From assembly GCA_963729625.1 (NCBI GenBank), contig CAVSOU010000017.1, positions 256,001 through 320,000 of the forward strand: DNA of 64,000 bases. Direction: 5' to 3'. Both the position numbers and the translations under genes were made by a program. Below are positions 31,623 through 41,064 of this stretch, piece after piece. A model generated the notes under the pieces. The model saw nothing but the letters and a program-made list of their open reading frames with translations. It was not told where the DNA came from and made no database searches. Source of the DNA: an uncultured bacterium (lineage in GTDB: Bacteria; Chloroflexota; UBA5177; JANWHV01). Position 1 is the stretch's first letter. Each line of letters begins with the position of its first letter.

Positions 31623-32381
31623 CTACTTCGAGGCGGCGGCAATACCGCCGGCCAGCTGTGCGTATGTTTGCTCGCCCGAGTTGGCATACCGGATGATGCC
31701 GTTCTTATCGAGCACGTAGATCGTGGGATAGCTGCTCGCATTGTAGGCGTTCACGGTGGTGAAGCTCGGATCGATCAGCGTTGGATGCTTGACGCCGAAG
31801 TTCTGGATGAACCAGTTTACATCGGGCTTGGTCACGACGGTGAGGTCCGTGCCGCCGCTGTTGTCGTAGTTCCTGCCATATGGACTGGCAAGAACCGCCA
31901 GCGTCCGCAAGCCGTTCGACCCATAGTTCTTGTCAACCTGGTTCAGGATGGTCGATTCGGCCTGGCAGTAGGGGCACCACACCGCGAAGAACTCGAGCAG
32001 GACAGGCTTTCCTCGCAGCGTAGAGAGCCTGTAGGGCTGTCCGTCCACGGTGGCGAGGGTGAAATCCGGCGCTTTCGTTCCCGTGCCCAGCAGCTGCGAT
32101 CCCGTATTGAGCGCGCTCGCGTTCACCAGGCCCCCGGCTGAGCTCGAGGTGGTTCTGCTGACCAGGATCGCCACGACGATGGCGAGAGCGGCCAGCAGCG
32201 GCACCCCTGTGGACAGCAGCAGGAGACGTTTGCGGGCGCGTACCGCCGTCGATCGCCGTGTGTGCACTCGCTTCGAAACGACGGTGCGCGGCGCCGTTCG
32301 CCGTCCGCCAGTGGCCTCCATGGCGCCACCAAACGCGGCGGTCGCCTGGGCGCTTCTCATGGGCGCCGATCGCTTGCTCAT
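31623..32381 (-). CDS. TlpA/ResA-like membrane-anchored thiol-disulfide oxidoreductase
   Basis: TM helix; APDFTL, LRGKPVLLEFFAVWCPYC, YPTIYVLDKNG. Confidence 0.88.
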   Translation of the reverse strand: MSKRSAPMRSAQATAAFGGAMEATGGRRTAPRTVVSKRVHTRRSTAVRARKRLLLLSTGVPLLAALAIVVAILVSRTTSSSAGGLVNASALNTGSQLLGTGTKAPDFTLATVDGQPYRLSTLRGKPVLLEFFAVWCPYCQAESTILNQVDKNYGSNGLRTLAVLASPYGRNYDNSGGTDLTVVTKPDVNWFIQNFGVKHPTLIDPSFTTVNAYNASSYPTIYVLDKNGIIRYANSGEQTYAQLAGGIAAASK

Positions 32382-32535
32382 CTCGACCTTCCCTGTTCTT
32401 TTGCGGTGCCGCGAGCACGCGCGATGTGGCGGAGCAACCGCCGTGCACTTGGACGTTCCTTGCCGAAGGAAATGGCAGGCGCAAAGTACGGGTGGACATC
32501 CTGCCCGCGACAAGAAACCAGCGGTTTCAGCAATT

Positions 32536-32557
32536 TATACTACGTAAATGTAGTATA
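32536..32557. promoter_or_regulatory. Putative BlaI/CopY-type operator in the divergent promoter
   Basis: Perfect inverted repeat TATACTAC-GTAAAT-GTAGTATA; TATAAT at 32565-32570. Confidence 0.75.
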
Positions 32558-32708
32558 CCTGCAGTATAATTGACTGGCAGAACCAGTCAAGGAACGGCGC
32601 TGTCCGGCAGGGCGGTTGTACGGCTGCTGCGTGGTCGGTAGGATCGAATTGGAGCAGGCGCCTGGAAAAGCGGCACGCCTGGGCGCGCAATGTGCGAAAG
32701 GATAAGGC

Positions 32709-33143
32709 ATGATTCGCCGGGGACGCAGGGATCGGCACGACCTTGCCGTGCGTGGCGAGCAGAAGTACCTGGGCGAGCTGCAAGCCCAGATCATGGCGGT
32801 AGCCTGGTCCCGCGCCGCGGTGACGGTGCGCGAGATCGTGGAGACGCTGGGCACCAGGCGGGAGGTGGCCTATACGACCGTCATGACCGTCATGTCACGT
32901 CTGGCCGCCCAGGGGCTTCTCAACCGCGAGCGCGTGGGCAAGACATACCTGTACCGGCCTGCCTGTTCGCGCGAGGAATTCCGGGCCGGTATCGCCGGCA
33001 CGATCGTGAATGATCTGATCGTAGATTTCGGCGATCTCGCTCTGTCGCAGTTCGTCGATGCCTTGGAGCGCGCGGATCCCGCTCGTCTCGAGCGGTTGCG
33101 CGTGTTTTTCGATACCGCCGAGCAGACTGATGACGGCACGTAG
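32709..33143 (+). CDS. BlaI/MecI/CopY family transcriptional repressor
   Basis: LGELQAQIM..W, TVREI, AYTTVMTVMSRL..GLL. Confidence 0.92.
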   Translation: MIRRGRRDRHDLAVRGEQKYLGELQAQIMAVAWSRAAVTVREIVETLGTRREVAYTTVMTVMSRLAAQGLLNRERVGKTYLYRPACSREEFRAGIAGTIVNDLIVDFGDLALSQFVDALERADPARLERLRVFFDTAEQTDDGT

Positions 33144-34125
33144 ACCCTTTGCCACTCTCCTCGTGGTAGCGGGCCTCGGCCTGCTGCTTGCTGCCGCATT
33201 GCTGTTGGTTGCCTTCCCCCCTCCGCCGCTGGGCAACGCGTTCAAACGCTGCACCGAGTCGGGCAGTCTCTGCTCCAATCTGGTGCGTATCGGGCATCAG
33301 GTTGGCACCCCGCTCTTCCTCGCGCTACTGCCCTGGTCGCTGTGCCGAGGACTGTGCCGGGGCTTCCGGCAGTGGTGGATCACCGGTCGCGCGGTTGGAC
33401 GCCTGCGAGCGCACGGTACACGAGCGCTGCCTGCCGGCCTGCAAACCGTTTGCGACCGACTTGGCATCGAGGGACGCGTGACAATTGTCGACACCGACAT
33501 GCCGATCGCGTTATGTCACGGCCTCTGGCATCCGCGCGTCTGGCTGTCGACGGGCACCCTGGACCTGCTTTCTTTTCAGGAGGCGGCCGCGGTTCTGCGC
33601 CACGAGCTCGCGCACGTTCGCTTCCGGCACCCATCCCAGCTCTTGATAGCCCGTTCGCTGGCCGCCGCCTTCCCGTTCCTGCCTGTCTTGCGCGAATTGG
33701 CCGCCGCGGTCGCTCGGGCTCAAGAACTGGCGGCGGACCGAGCGGTCATTTGCGCCGGCGAGCGGCACGCTCTCGGACGCGCGCTGCTGACGCTGGTGGA
33801 CGCGCCGGGCGCTGCGGCTGCAAGGTTGCCGGTTCCCGGCATGATCGGCGCTCTCGATGCTCGGCTCGATCAGCTTGCGGGTGCAACCGATGTCCCACTA
33901 CGGCTTTCGCGGCGCTCGCTCGCCCTCACCTGGCTGGCGTTCGCGCTTGGGTTACTGCTGCTTCGTCTGAGCGGTTTGGGCATACCGCCCCAGCATACGC
34001 TGCTGGGACTGGTGGCACTACCGCCGCTGCGCTTTGATGTGCCCGGGCAGTGCCTGGCAGCGTCCGGCGCGCTCGCGGGAGCCCTGCAGATCGCGTCCGC
34101 GGCAGTCGCGCGCGATCGACCGTAG
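33130..34125 (+). CDS. M56/M48 family membrane metallopeptidase (BlaR1-like sensor)
   Basis: AVLRHELAHV, ELAADR; TM segments; overlaps the blaI-like gene. Confidence 0.88.
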   Translation: MTARRPFATLLVVAGLGLLLAAALLLVAFPPPPLGNAFKRCTESGSLCSNLVRIGHQVGTPLFLALLPWSLCRGLCRGFRQWWITGRAVGRLRAHGTRALPAGLQTVCDRLGIEGRVTIVDTDMPIALCHGLWHPRVWLSTGTLDLLSFQEAAAVLRHELAHVRFRHPSQLLIARSLAAAFPFLPVLRELAAAVARAQELAADRAVICAGERHALGRALLTLVDAPGAAAARLPVPGMIGALDARLDQLAGATDVPLRLSRRSLALTWLAFALGLLLLRLSGLGIPPQHTLLGLVALPPLRFDVPGQCLAASGALAGALQIASAAVARDRP

Positions 34126-34407
34126 CGCCGTTGCGATTCCTCGCCCAACGGAGGCACCTGCCCTCTGGGCTGACTACATGCTTCCTGAATTGAACTGCCC
34201 GGCAACCGCCCCCGAAGGTGGCTGCGCATGGCCACACACCATGGTATCCTTAAAGAAGGATGTTTAGACAGTTGCAGCAATGCATTCCACTCTTCCCTTG
34301 AGACCGAGACGAGCAAGCACGCGCCATGCACCAAGGTTGCACTGTAGCTCGACGAATCGCCGCGCGAGTGACCCTCTTTTGGCCGGACCCGAGCAGAATG
34401 GACGTCT

Positions 34408-35418
34408 TTGAAGGTGAGTCTGGAACACGGAGCGTTCAGGGCCGCGGCGCACGAAACCTCGCACGACGGCGCGACCATCTCGGTGATCATCTGCGCCTAC
34501 ACCGATGCCCGTTACGGGCAACTGGTGGCCGCGGTGCAGTCCGTGCGCGATCAGACGCTGCCCGCGCGCGAGATCCTGGTGGTGATCGACCACAATGCCG
34601 CGCTTCTCACGCGCGTGCGAGCAGAACTGCCCGACGTCGTGGCCCTGGCAAACCGCCACGGCCGCGGCTTGAGCGGCGCGCGCAATTCCGGCATTGAGTC
34701 GGCTCTGGGGACGATCGTGGCCTTTCTGGACGACGATGCCGTTGCATCATCGGACTGGTTGCGGCGCCTCCACGACTGCTACGCCGATCCCCACGTCGTG
34801 GGCGCCGGAGGCGCGATCGCGCCGCTGTGGGAAGAAAGCAGGCCTGCGTGGTTCCCGCCCGAATTCGACTGGGTGGTCGGCTGCACCTACCGCGGCATGC
34901 CCGTCTCCGTGAGCCCGGTTCGAAATATGATCGGCGCGAACATGTCCTTCCGGCGAAGTGCTTGTCTGGAAGCGGGAGGCTTCCGTGGCGCGCTTGGCCG
35001 GGTGGGAGCCTCGGCCGCCGGCTGTGAAGAGACGGAGTTGTGCATCCGCCTCCGGCAGCGCGATCCGCGGCGTGTTCTGCTCTATGAGCCGCGCGCCAGG
35101 GTACTTCACCATGTGCCGAGCGATCGTGCCCGCCGCGAGTACTTCATGAAGCGGTGTATTGGCGAGGGTCGCTCCAAGGCTCAGGTTACCACCTCGGTCG
35201 GCGCCGCGGACGGGCTGTCCGCGGAGCGCATGTACACGTTGAGGACGCTTCCGCTCGGCTGTGCCCGCGGTGTAGCCGAAGCGTTCGTCAAGCGAGACGC
35301 GCACGGATTTGCTCGCGCAGCTGCCATCGCCGGGGGCCTCGCTGCCACTACCTTCGGATACCTGACCGGCCGGCTCATGAAACAATCCACGCCTTTGGAG
35401 AGCGTCTATGGCAGTTAG
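34408..35418 (+). CDS. Glycosyltransferase family 2
   Basis: ISVIICAY, GLSGARNSG, AFLDDDA, GANMSFRR, EETELC. Confidence 0.92.
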   Translation: MKVSLEHGAFRAAAHETSHDGATISVIICAYTDARYGQLVAAVQSVRDQTLPAREILVVIDHNAALLTRVRAELPDVVALANRHGRGLSGARNSGIESALGTIVAFLDDDAVASSDWLRRLHDCYADPHVVGAGGAIAPLWEESRPAWFPPEFDWVVGCTYRGMPVSVSPVRNMIGANMSFRRSACLEAGGFRGALGRVGASAAGCEETELCIRLRQRDPRRVLLYEPRARVLHHVPSDRARREYFMKRCIGEGRSKAQVTTSVGAADGLSAERMYTLRTLPLGCARGVAEAFVKRDAHGFARAAAIAGGLAATTFGYLTGRLMKQSTPLESVYGS

Positions 35419-36613
35419 GCAACTTGATGCCACATTCGCTCCCCGTGCGGGAGTTGCGCGCGTGCTGATGGTCACGCCCCGCTACTACCCACTCTCCGGC
35501 GGTGTCGAGCATCACGTACGCCAGGTGGCCGAGGGGCTCGCACGCCTGGGCCTCGAGGTCTTCGTGCTGACGACCGATCGATCGGGGAAACTCGAGGCAG
35601 AGGAGTCACTTGGCGGTGTGACGATCCTTCGCGCACGAGCCTGGCCGGCTGAACGCGACTACTACTTCGCGCCGTCGATCTACAAGCGTATTCGCGACGG
35701 TAGCTGGGATATCGTGCATTGCCAGTCCTATCACACACTGGTAGCGCCTCTGGCGATGGCGGCCACGCTGCAGGCAGGCCTTCCCTACGTGGTGACGTTT
35801 CACGGCGGCGGCAGCAGCTCCCGCCTGCGGCAGGCGGCTCGCGGCCAGCAGCTGCGCTTGCTCCGCCCACTACTGGCACGTGCCAGTAAGCTGATCGCGG
35901 TAGCAGGCTTCGAGGTTGATCTGTATGGACGGCTGCTCAAGCTTCCACCGGACCGCTTCGCGGTGATCCCCAACGGCGCAGATATCGCTGCCGTGCCAGG
36001 CTCCGCCGCTGAAGAACCAACCGAACCGCTGATTATCTCCATTGGCCGCCTCGAGCGTTACAAGGGCCACCAGCGGGTCCTTGCCGCCTTTCCGGCCGTT
36101 CTTGCCCGGCGTCCCGACGCTCGGCTATGGATAATGGGCCAGGGTCCGTACGAGGGGGCGCTACAGAAGCAAGCACGCGACCTGCGGGTTGCACACAGGG
36201 TAGAGATTCGCGCCATCCCGCCGGGAGATCGGCAGGGCATGGCCGACGCCCTGTCCAGGGCAGCCCTGGTCACCCTGCTCAGCGAGTACGAGACGCATCC
36301 AATCGCCATTCTCGAGGCGCTGGCGTTTCGGCGGCCGGTATTGGTTGCGGACACGTCGGGTCTGCATGAGCTTGCGGCGAAGGGCTGGGTCCGGGCGATT
36401 CCGCTCCAGTCCAGTCCCCGGCAAGTCGCCGCCGCGGTACTGGCACAACTCGAGCAGCCGCTCCATCCCGTGAACGTTGCCCTGCCGACGTGGGATACTT
36501 GCACCAAGTCGCTCCTGGCGCTCTACGATAAGGTATGGCTCGATCACAGGTACGGCAACGGGGGTGCCACGGCCGTTCGATCCGGCGGCCGGGACGTGGC
36601 GCTCCGTGCCTGA
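35408..36613 (+). CDS. Glycosyltransferase family 4
   Basis: GGVEHHV, VIPNG, IGRLERYKG, E-x7-E (ETHPIAILE). Confidence 0.9.
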   Translation: MAVRQLDATFAPRAGVARVLMVTPRYYPLSGGVEHHVRQVAEGLARLGLEVFVLTTDRSGKLEAEESLGGVTILRARAWPAERDYYFAPSIYKRIRDGSWDIVHCQSYHTLVAPLAMAATLQAGLPYVVTFHGGGSSSRLRQAARGQQLRLLRPLLARASKLIAVAGFEVDLYGRLLKLPPDRFAVIPNGADIAAVPGSAAEEPTEPLIISIGRLERYKGHQRVLAAFPAVLARRPDARLWIMGQGPYEGALQKQARDLRVAHRVEIRAIPPGDRQGMADALSRAALVTLLSEYETHPIAILEALAFRRPVLVADTSGLHELAAKGWVRAIPLQSSPRQVAAAVLAQLEQPLHPVNVALPTWDTCTKSLLALYDKVWLDHRYGNGGATAVRSGGRDVALRA

Positions 36614-36703
36614 TGCACAGGGCGATCGGACCGGCCCATGTTGGCCAAGAATGAGGCCCGAAAGGGCTAATTCGCCTGACCTCGCGATGGTGAAGGTAAC
36701 GTC

Positions 36704-37955
36704 TTGCGCATTCTGATGCTTTCGCAGTTCTACCCCCCGACGCTGGGGGGAGAAGAACAACACGTGCGCGCGCTGAGCGCATCGCTGGCGGCACGTGGCC
36801 ACACGACAGCAGTCGCCACGCTTTGGCGGCACGGCCTCCCGGAGTATGAAACCGATGGAAGCGTGCACGTGTACCGATTGCGTGGCGTGGCACAACGGAT
36901 TCCCTTCGCGTATCAGGAGACCGACCGGCGGCACACGCCCCCGGTCCCCGATCCTGAGCTCGTGTGGCGCCTGCGCACGGTGGTGATGCGCGAGCGACCG
37001 CACATCGTGCACGCGCACAACTGGATGGTACATTCGTTCCTTCCGCTCAAGGCAATGAGTCGCGGCAAGCTCGTGCTTACACTCCACGATTACAGTCTGA
37101 TCTGCGCGAAGAAGCGGCTCATGTACGAGAACTCGCCCTGCAGCGGGCCTGGAGCGGTCAAATGCCTGCGCTGTTGCAGCGCCCACTATGGGCCGCTGAA
37201 AGGCACGCCGATCGCGACGGCGAACTGGGCCATGGGCCTCGAGGAGCGGCATGCGGTTGACTGGTATCTGCCGGTGAGCCAGGCGGTTGCCGATGGGAAC
37301 AGGTTGCCCAGCCGACCGCACGGAGGTGCTGCCGAACTTCGTGCCCGACGATCTGGCCGATCTCTCCGGCGATCCGCCACCGGAGCTGGATCAGCTTCCG
37401 CCAGGCGACTTTCTTCTCTATGCCGGCGACCTGAGCGTGGACAAGGGATTGCCCGTCCTCCTTGCCGCGTATGCCGGTCTTTCGGCCCCGCCGCCGCTCG
37501 TGCTGCTGGGCCGGCAGTGTGCGGATACGCCCGCGACGCTCCCGCCCGGCGTTATAATGCTGCACACATGGCCACGGCGATCGGTACTCTGGGCCTGGCG
37601 CCGCTGCCTGTTCGCACTGGTGCCGTCGGTTTGGCCGGAGCCATGCCCGACCGTGGTCATGGAGGCCATGGCCATGGGCAAGCCGGTGATCGGATCGCGC
37701 ATCGGCGGTCTACCGGATTTGATCGTGGATGGAGAGACAGGCCTGCTGGTTCAGCCTGGCGACGTCGAAGCCCTGCGCGCGGCAATCGTCAGGCTCCTGA
37801 CTGATGTTGATGGGCGCGAACGGATGAGTCGCGCCGCACTGCAGCACGCGCCCCGCTTTCACGTGAGCACCGTGGTACCGCGCATCGAACGCGTGTACGA
37901 CAGGCTATTGCAGCAAGTGCCGCGTGCCGAGCAAGGCAGAGATCCGGCCGCCTAG
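36704..37955 (+). pseudogene. Glycosyltransferase family 4 split by a +1 frameshift in CCC at 37307-37309
   Basis: N-half GGEEQHV, HAHNW, TLHDY; C-half VLPNF, KGL, EPCPTVVMEAM, GGLPD. Removing one C gives a 416-aa ORF. Confidence 0.8.
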
Positions 37956-37968
37956 GGGCGTGTAATGG

Positions 37969-39834
37969 ATGGCTTTGGCGAGTAGAAGCACGGAGCACAG
38001 TCAGAAACCGGGACCACCGCACGGCGTTCAGGCGGCCGATCTTGGCTGGCTGCCCGCCCTTAGCGTCACCGCGGCCACCGGCCTGCTGGCAGTCGCGCTG
38101 TCGGACATGGCTGCGCGCGCGGCAGTGCCGGCAGCCGCTCTGGTGTTCTGGCTTGGACTGTTACTGTTGGTGATTCCAGTTGCCGGACGCCTGTTCTCCA
38201 GCTCGGCATCCAGTCTTGAGCGCATCGGTCTTGTGGTGCTGCTCGGCATGGCGCTCTATGGCGTCAAGATGCTGCACAGTCCCACGTCCTTCACGTTTGT
38301 GGACGAGCTCGAGCACCTGCGCACAGCCAGCGATATCCTGAGCAGTGGCCACCTCTTTCACGCTAACTCGGTCTTGCCCGTCAGCCCGCTGTACCCCTCG
38401 CTGGAGATCGTGACCGGGGCACTTGCCGCGCTTGGCGGGCTTTCCGTTTTCGCATCGGGCGCGATCGTGATTGCCGCCGGACGGCTCATACTGGTGCTTG
38501 CGCTTTTCCTGTTCTACCAGCAGATCGGCGGATCGGCTCGGATCGCCGCCCTGGGCGTTCTCCTGTACATGGCGAACCCGAACTTTCTCTATTTCGATGC
38601 GCAGTTTGCCTATGAATCTCTAGCGCTGCCGGTCTTCGCGCTCGTGCTTTTTGCGGTTGCCCGCCAGGCCGGCGCCCCGGCCGATCAAAAGGTTGGACTG
38701 GCGGCCATGGTTGTGCTGGGAATCAGCATGGTGGTGACAGCGCACCACATAACCAGCTATGTGCTGGCAGCCTATGCCGTGCTCTGGGTCGTCATCGTTT
38801 TCGTGAAGAGCGGCTGGCGTGCTGCTACCAGCCCGTTTGGCCCGGGCGGCGCCGCTGCTCTGACTGTCGTGCTTGCCCTCGCCTGGCTGACCGCCGTAGC
38901 GACGCTTACTATTGGCTACCTGGCGCCCGATTTCGCGGACGCGACGAAGCAGGTCGTGCAGCTGATCACCCGTGAAGCAGGGCCGCGGCAGCTGTTTCAT
39001 TCTTCCACCTCGGGCTACGCTGCGCCGGCGTGGGAGCGCGCGACCGGCATTGGGGCCATCCTCTGCATTTTGGCCGGCCTGCCGTTTGGCTGGCTGTGCA
39101 TCTGGCGGGGACGACCGTGCAGCGCGCCGGTTGTAGCAAACGCGCTTGCCGCCCTTCTCTATCCCGCGACGCTCTTTCTGCGTTTCACCTCTGGGGGGGC
39201 CGAGATCTCAAACCGCGCCTCGGAATTCGTCTTCGTTCCTGTGGCCTACGTGCTGGCTACCGGCATCGTCGAATTCCGCGTCTTTGGGCGGCTCGAGCGC
39301 ATCAAGCCAGCGGCGCTATTGCCGTGGGTCGCGGTAATCTTCGTCGGCGGCATCATCGTCGGATGGCCGCCCTGGGCGCGGCAGCCGGGCCCGTACCTGG
39401 TGGGCGCGGACTCTCGCTCGATCGACGCGCAGAGCGTGGACGCGGCGACGTGGGCCGCGAGTGTCCTCGGCCCCGGGCATCGCATAGCTGCCGATCGCAC
39501 GAACACGCTGCTGATGAATAGCTACGGCGAGCAGCACGTGGTGACACATCTCGAAGACAATGTCGACGTGTCCGGTGTGTATTTCGCGGCAAGCATCGGT
39601 TCGGCTGAGCTCGACACGCTCGACGCCGGCAAGATCCGCTATCTCGTCGTGGATAAGCGGCTGAGCACCGGCGTGCCTCAGGGCGGACCGTTCTTCGAGG
39701 TGGATAGCAACCATTCACGCCCAATTCCGGCCGCGGCACTGGCGAAGTTCGACCAGTTTCCCCTGATCGATCGCGTATTCGACAGTGGAGAGATTGCGGT
39801 TTACGACGTGGGGGCGGTAAGCAATGCGCCCTAG
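37969..39834 (+). CDS. Polytopic membrane protein, putative GT-C or polysaccharide polymerase-like
   Basis: Many TM helices; DELEH, YESLAL, HHITSY; located in the GT cluster. Confidence 0.6.
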   Translation: MALASRSTEHSQKPGPPHGVQAADLGWLPALSVTAATGLLAVALSDMAARAAVPAAALVFWLGLLLLVIPVAGRLFSSSASSLERIGLVVLLGMALYGVKMLHSPTSFTFVDELEHLRTASDILSSGHLFHANSVLPVSPLYPSLEIVTGALAALGGLSVFASGAIVIAAGRLILVLALFLFYQQIGGSARIAALGVLLYMANPNFLYFDAQFAYESLALPVFALVLFAVARQAGAPADQKVGLAAMVVLGISMVVTAHHITSYVLAAYAVLWVVIVFVKSGWRAATSPFGPGGAAALTVVLALAWLTAVATLTIGYLAPDFADATKQVVQLITREAGPRQLFHSSTSGYAAPAWERATGIGAILCILAGLPFGWLCIWRGRPCSAPVVANALAALLYPATLFLRFTSGGAEISNRASEFVFVPVAYVLATGIVEFRVFGRLERIKPAALLPWVAVIFVGGIIVGWPPWARQPGPYLVGADSRSIDAQSVDAATWAASVLGPGHRIAADRTNTLLMNSYGEQHVVTHLEDNVDVSGVYFAASIGSAELDTLDAGKIRYLVVDKRLSTGVPQGGPFFEVDSNHSRPIPAAALAKFDQFPLIDRVFDSGEIAVYDVGAVSNAP

Positions 39835-40681
39835 ACGTGCGCTTGGTCTGGCGGTGGCGACGGTAGCGGCCGCGGTTGCGTGTACGCTGCCGCTTCCCGG
39901 CGTACTTGGGCCCCTCCGTGCGTTGTGCGCGTTGCTGCTCGTGCTGGTGCTACCAGGGCTGGCGGTCGCCGCGGCCCTGTTTCCGCGCCGCACGCTCGGC
40001 CCTGCGGCTCGCGTCCTCTTTACCATGGGGTTGAGCGTGTGCCTGACGGCGCTGGTCGGCTACGCGCTGAACTGGACCGGCCCCGGCCTCCAGCGCGCCT
40101 GGTGGGCTGGATCGCTCGGCTACCTCACGCAGGTTGCGATCATCGTGGCCGTATTCCGTCTGCGCGATACAGAACGCTTCCAGGCGCGGATGGCCTCGCT
40201 TGCCCCGCCACGCGACCCGCTTCCACCACGGCTGGCCCCGCTTGCCCCGCCGCGCGATCCGCTTCCACCACGGCCCGCCCCGCAGGTTCCGGCGTATCGT
40301 ATCAGCCGGCGCGCGTGCCTCCTCTTTGCGTCGGCGGCAGTAATCGCCACGGGCGCAATTGTCTTGAATTATGTCAACGCTACACTGGAGACCGGCCCCG
40401 GCTTCACACAGCTCTGGATGGTTCCGGCGGGGACCGATGCGGTACGCCTGGGGGTAGCGAACCACGAGGGCGCGGCGACTCGCTATCGACTGGTACTGTC
40501 GCTGCCCAGCGGAGCGGTGGCGTTGTGGCCGAATATCGCGGTGGGTTCGGGCGCGACCTGGACCGGCAGCGTGACGCTTCCATCGGCGCTTCCCATCGGC
40601 GTGGAGCTCACGGCGACGCTGTTCCGCGATAGCGGCACGCGTGCCACCGCCTACCGGCACGTGACCTACTGGACGCGCTGA
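39824..40681 (+). CDS. DUF1616-like membrane protein
   Basis: LVLPG..ALFP, GLSV, GFTQLW, NHEG..YRL; internal 42-bp duplication at 40199-40282. Confidence 0.6.
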   Translation: MRPRRALGLAVATVAAAVACTLPLPGVLGPLRALCALLLVLVLPGLAVAAALFPRRTLGPAARVLFTMGLSVCLTALVGYALNWTGPGLQRAWWAGSLGYLTQVAIIVAVFRLRDTERFQARMASLAPPRDPLPPRLAPLAPPRDPLPPRPAPQVPAYRISRRACLLFASAAVIATGAIVLNYVNATLETGPGFTQLWMVPAGTDAVRLGVANHEGAATRYRLVLSLPSGAVALWPNIAVGSGATWTGSVTLPSALPIGVELTATLFRDSGTRATAYRHVTYWTR

Positions 40682-41064
40682 TAGGGCGGCGCAGCGTACA
40701 GCTACGGCCGTGCCGAAGGCCGGCCAGCGCTCCAGGTCGTCGAATGCGTGCCGACGGACGACCAACTCACCTCGTTCATTCATGGGCGGTCCTGGCGTGC
40801 AGCGAGGAGGTGCCTGAGGACCTCGCCGGGATCATCGTATCGAGCGAGACCGCGTCGGAGGGTTAGGCATGAGCGGTTCGAGCTCTCGTACACAAGTACG
40901 ACACGTAGCGGATGAACCATTAGTCCGATCATCCTATGGTTGAATGGGAGATCTTTGTGCGAAGCTAAAAGAAGATACGCGGCGAGGCGATCGGGATGCT
41001 TCCGGTAATGGCATGCAACGTGCGCAGCTGCTGAGCGCGCTCGATTCGTAAGGAGGCAACGCGG

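Noticed and set aside
40682-41064. glmS ribozyme
   Set aside because: Only scattered fragments (TCGAG, GCGGATG); the conserved AGCGCC..GACGAGG core was not found. An Rfam scan would settle it.
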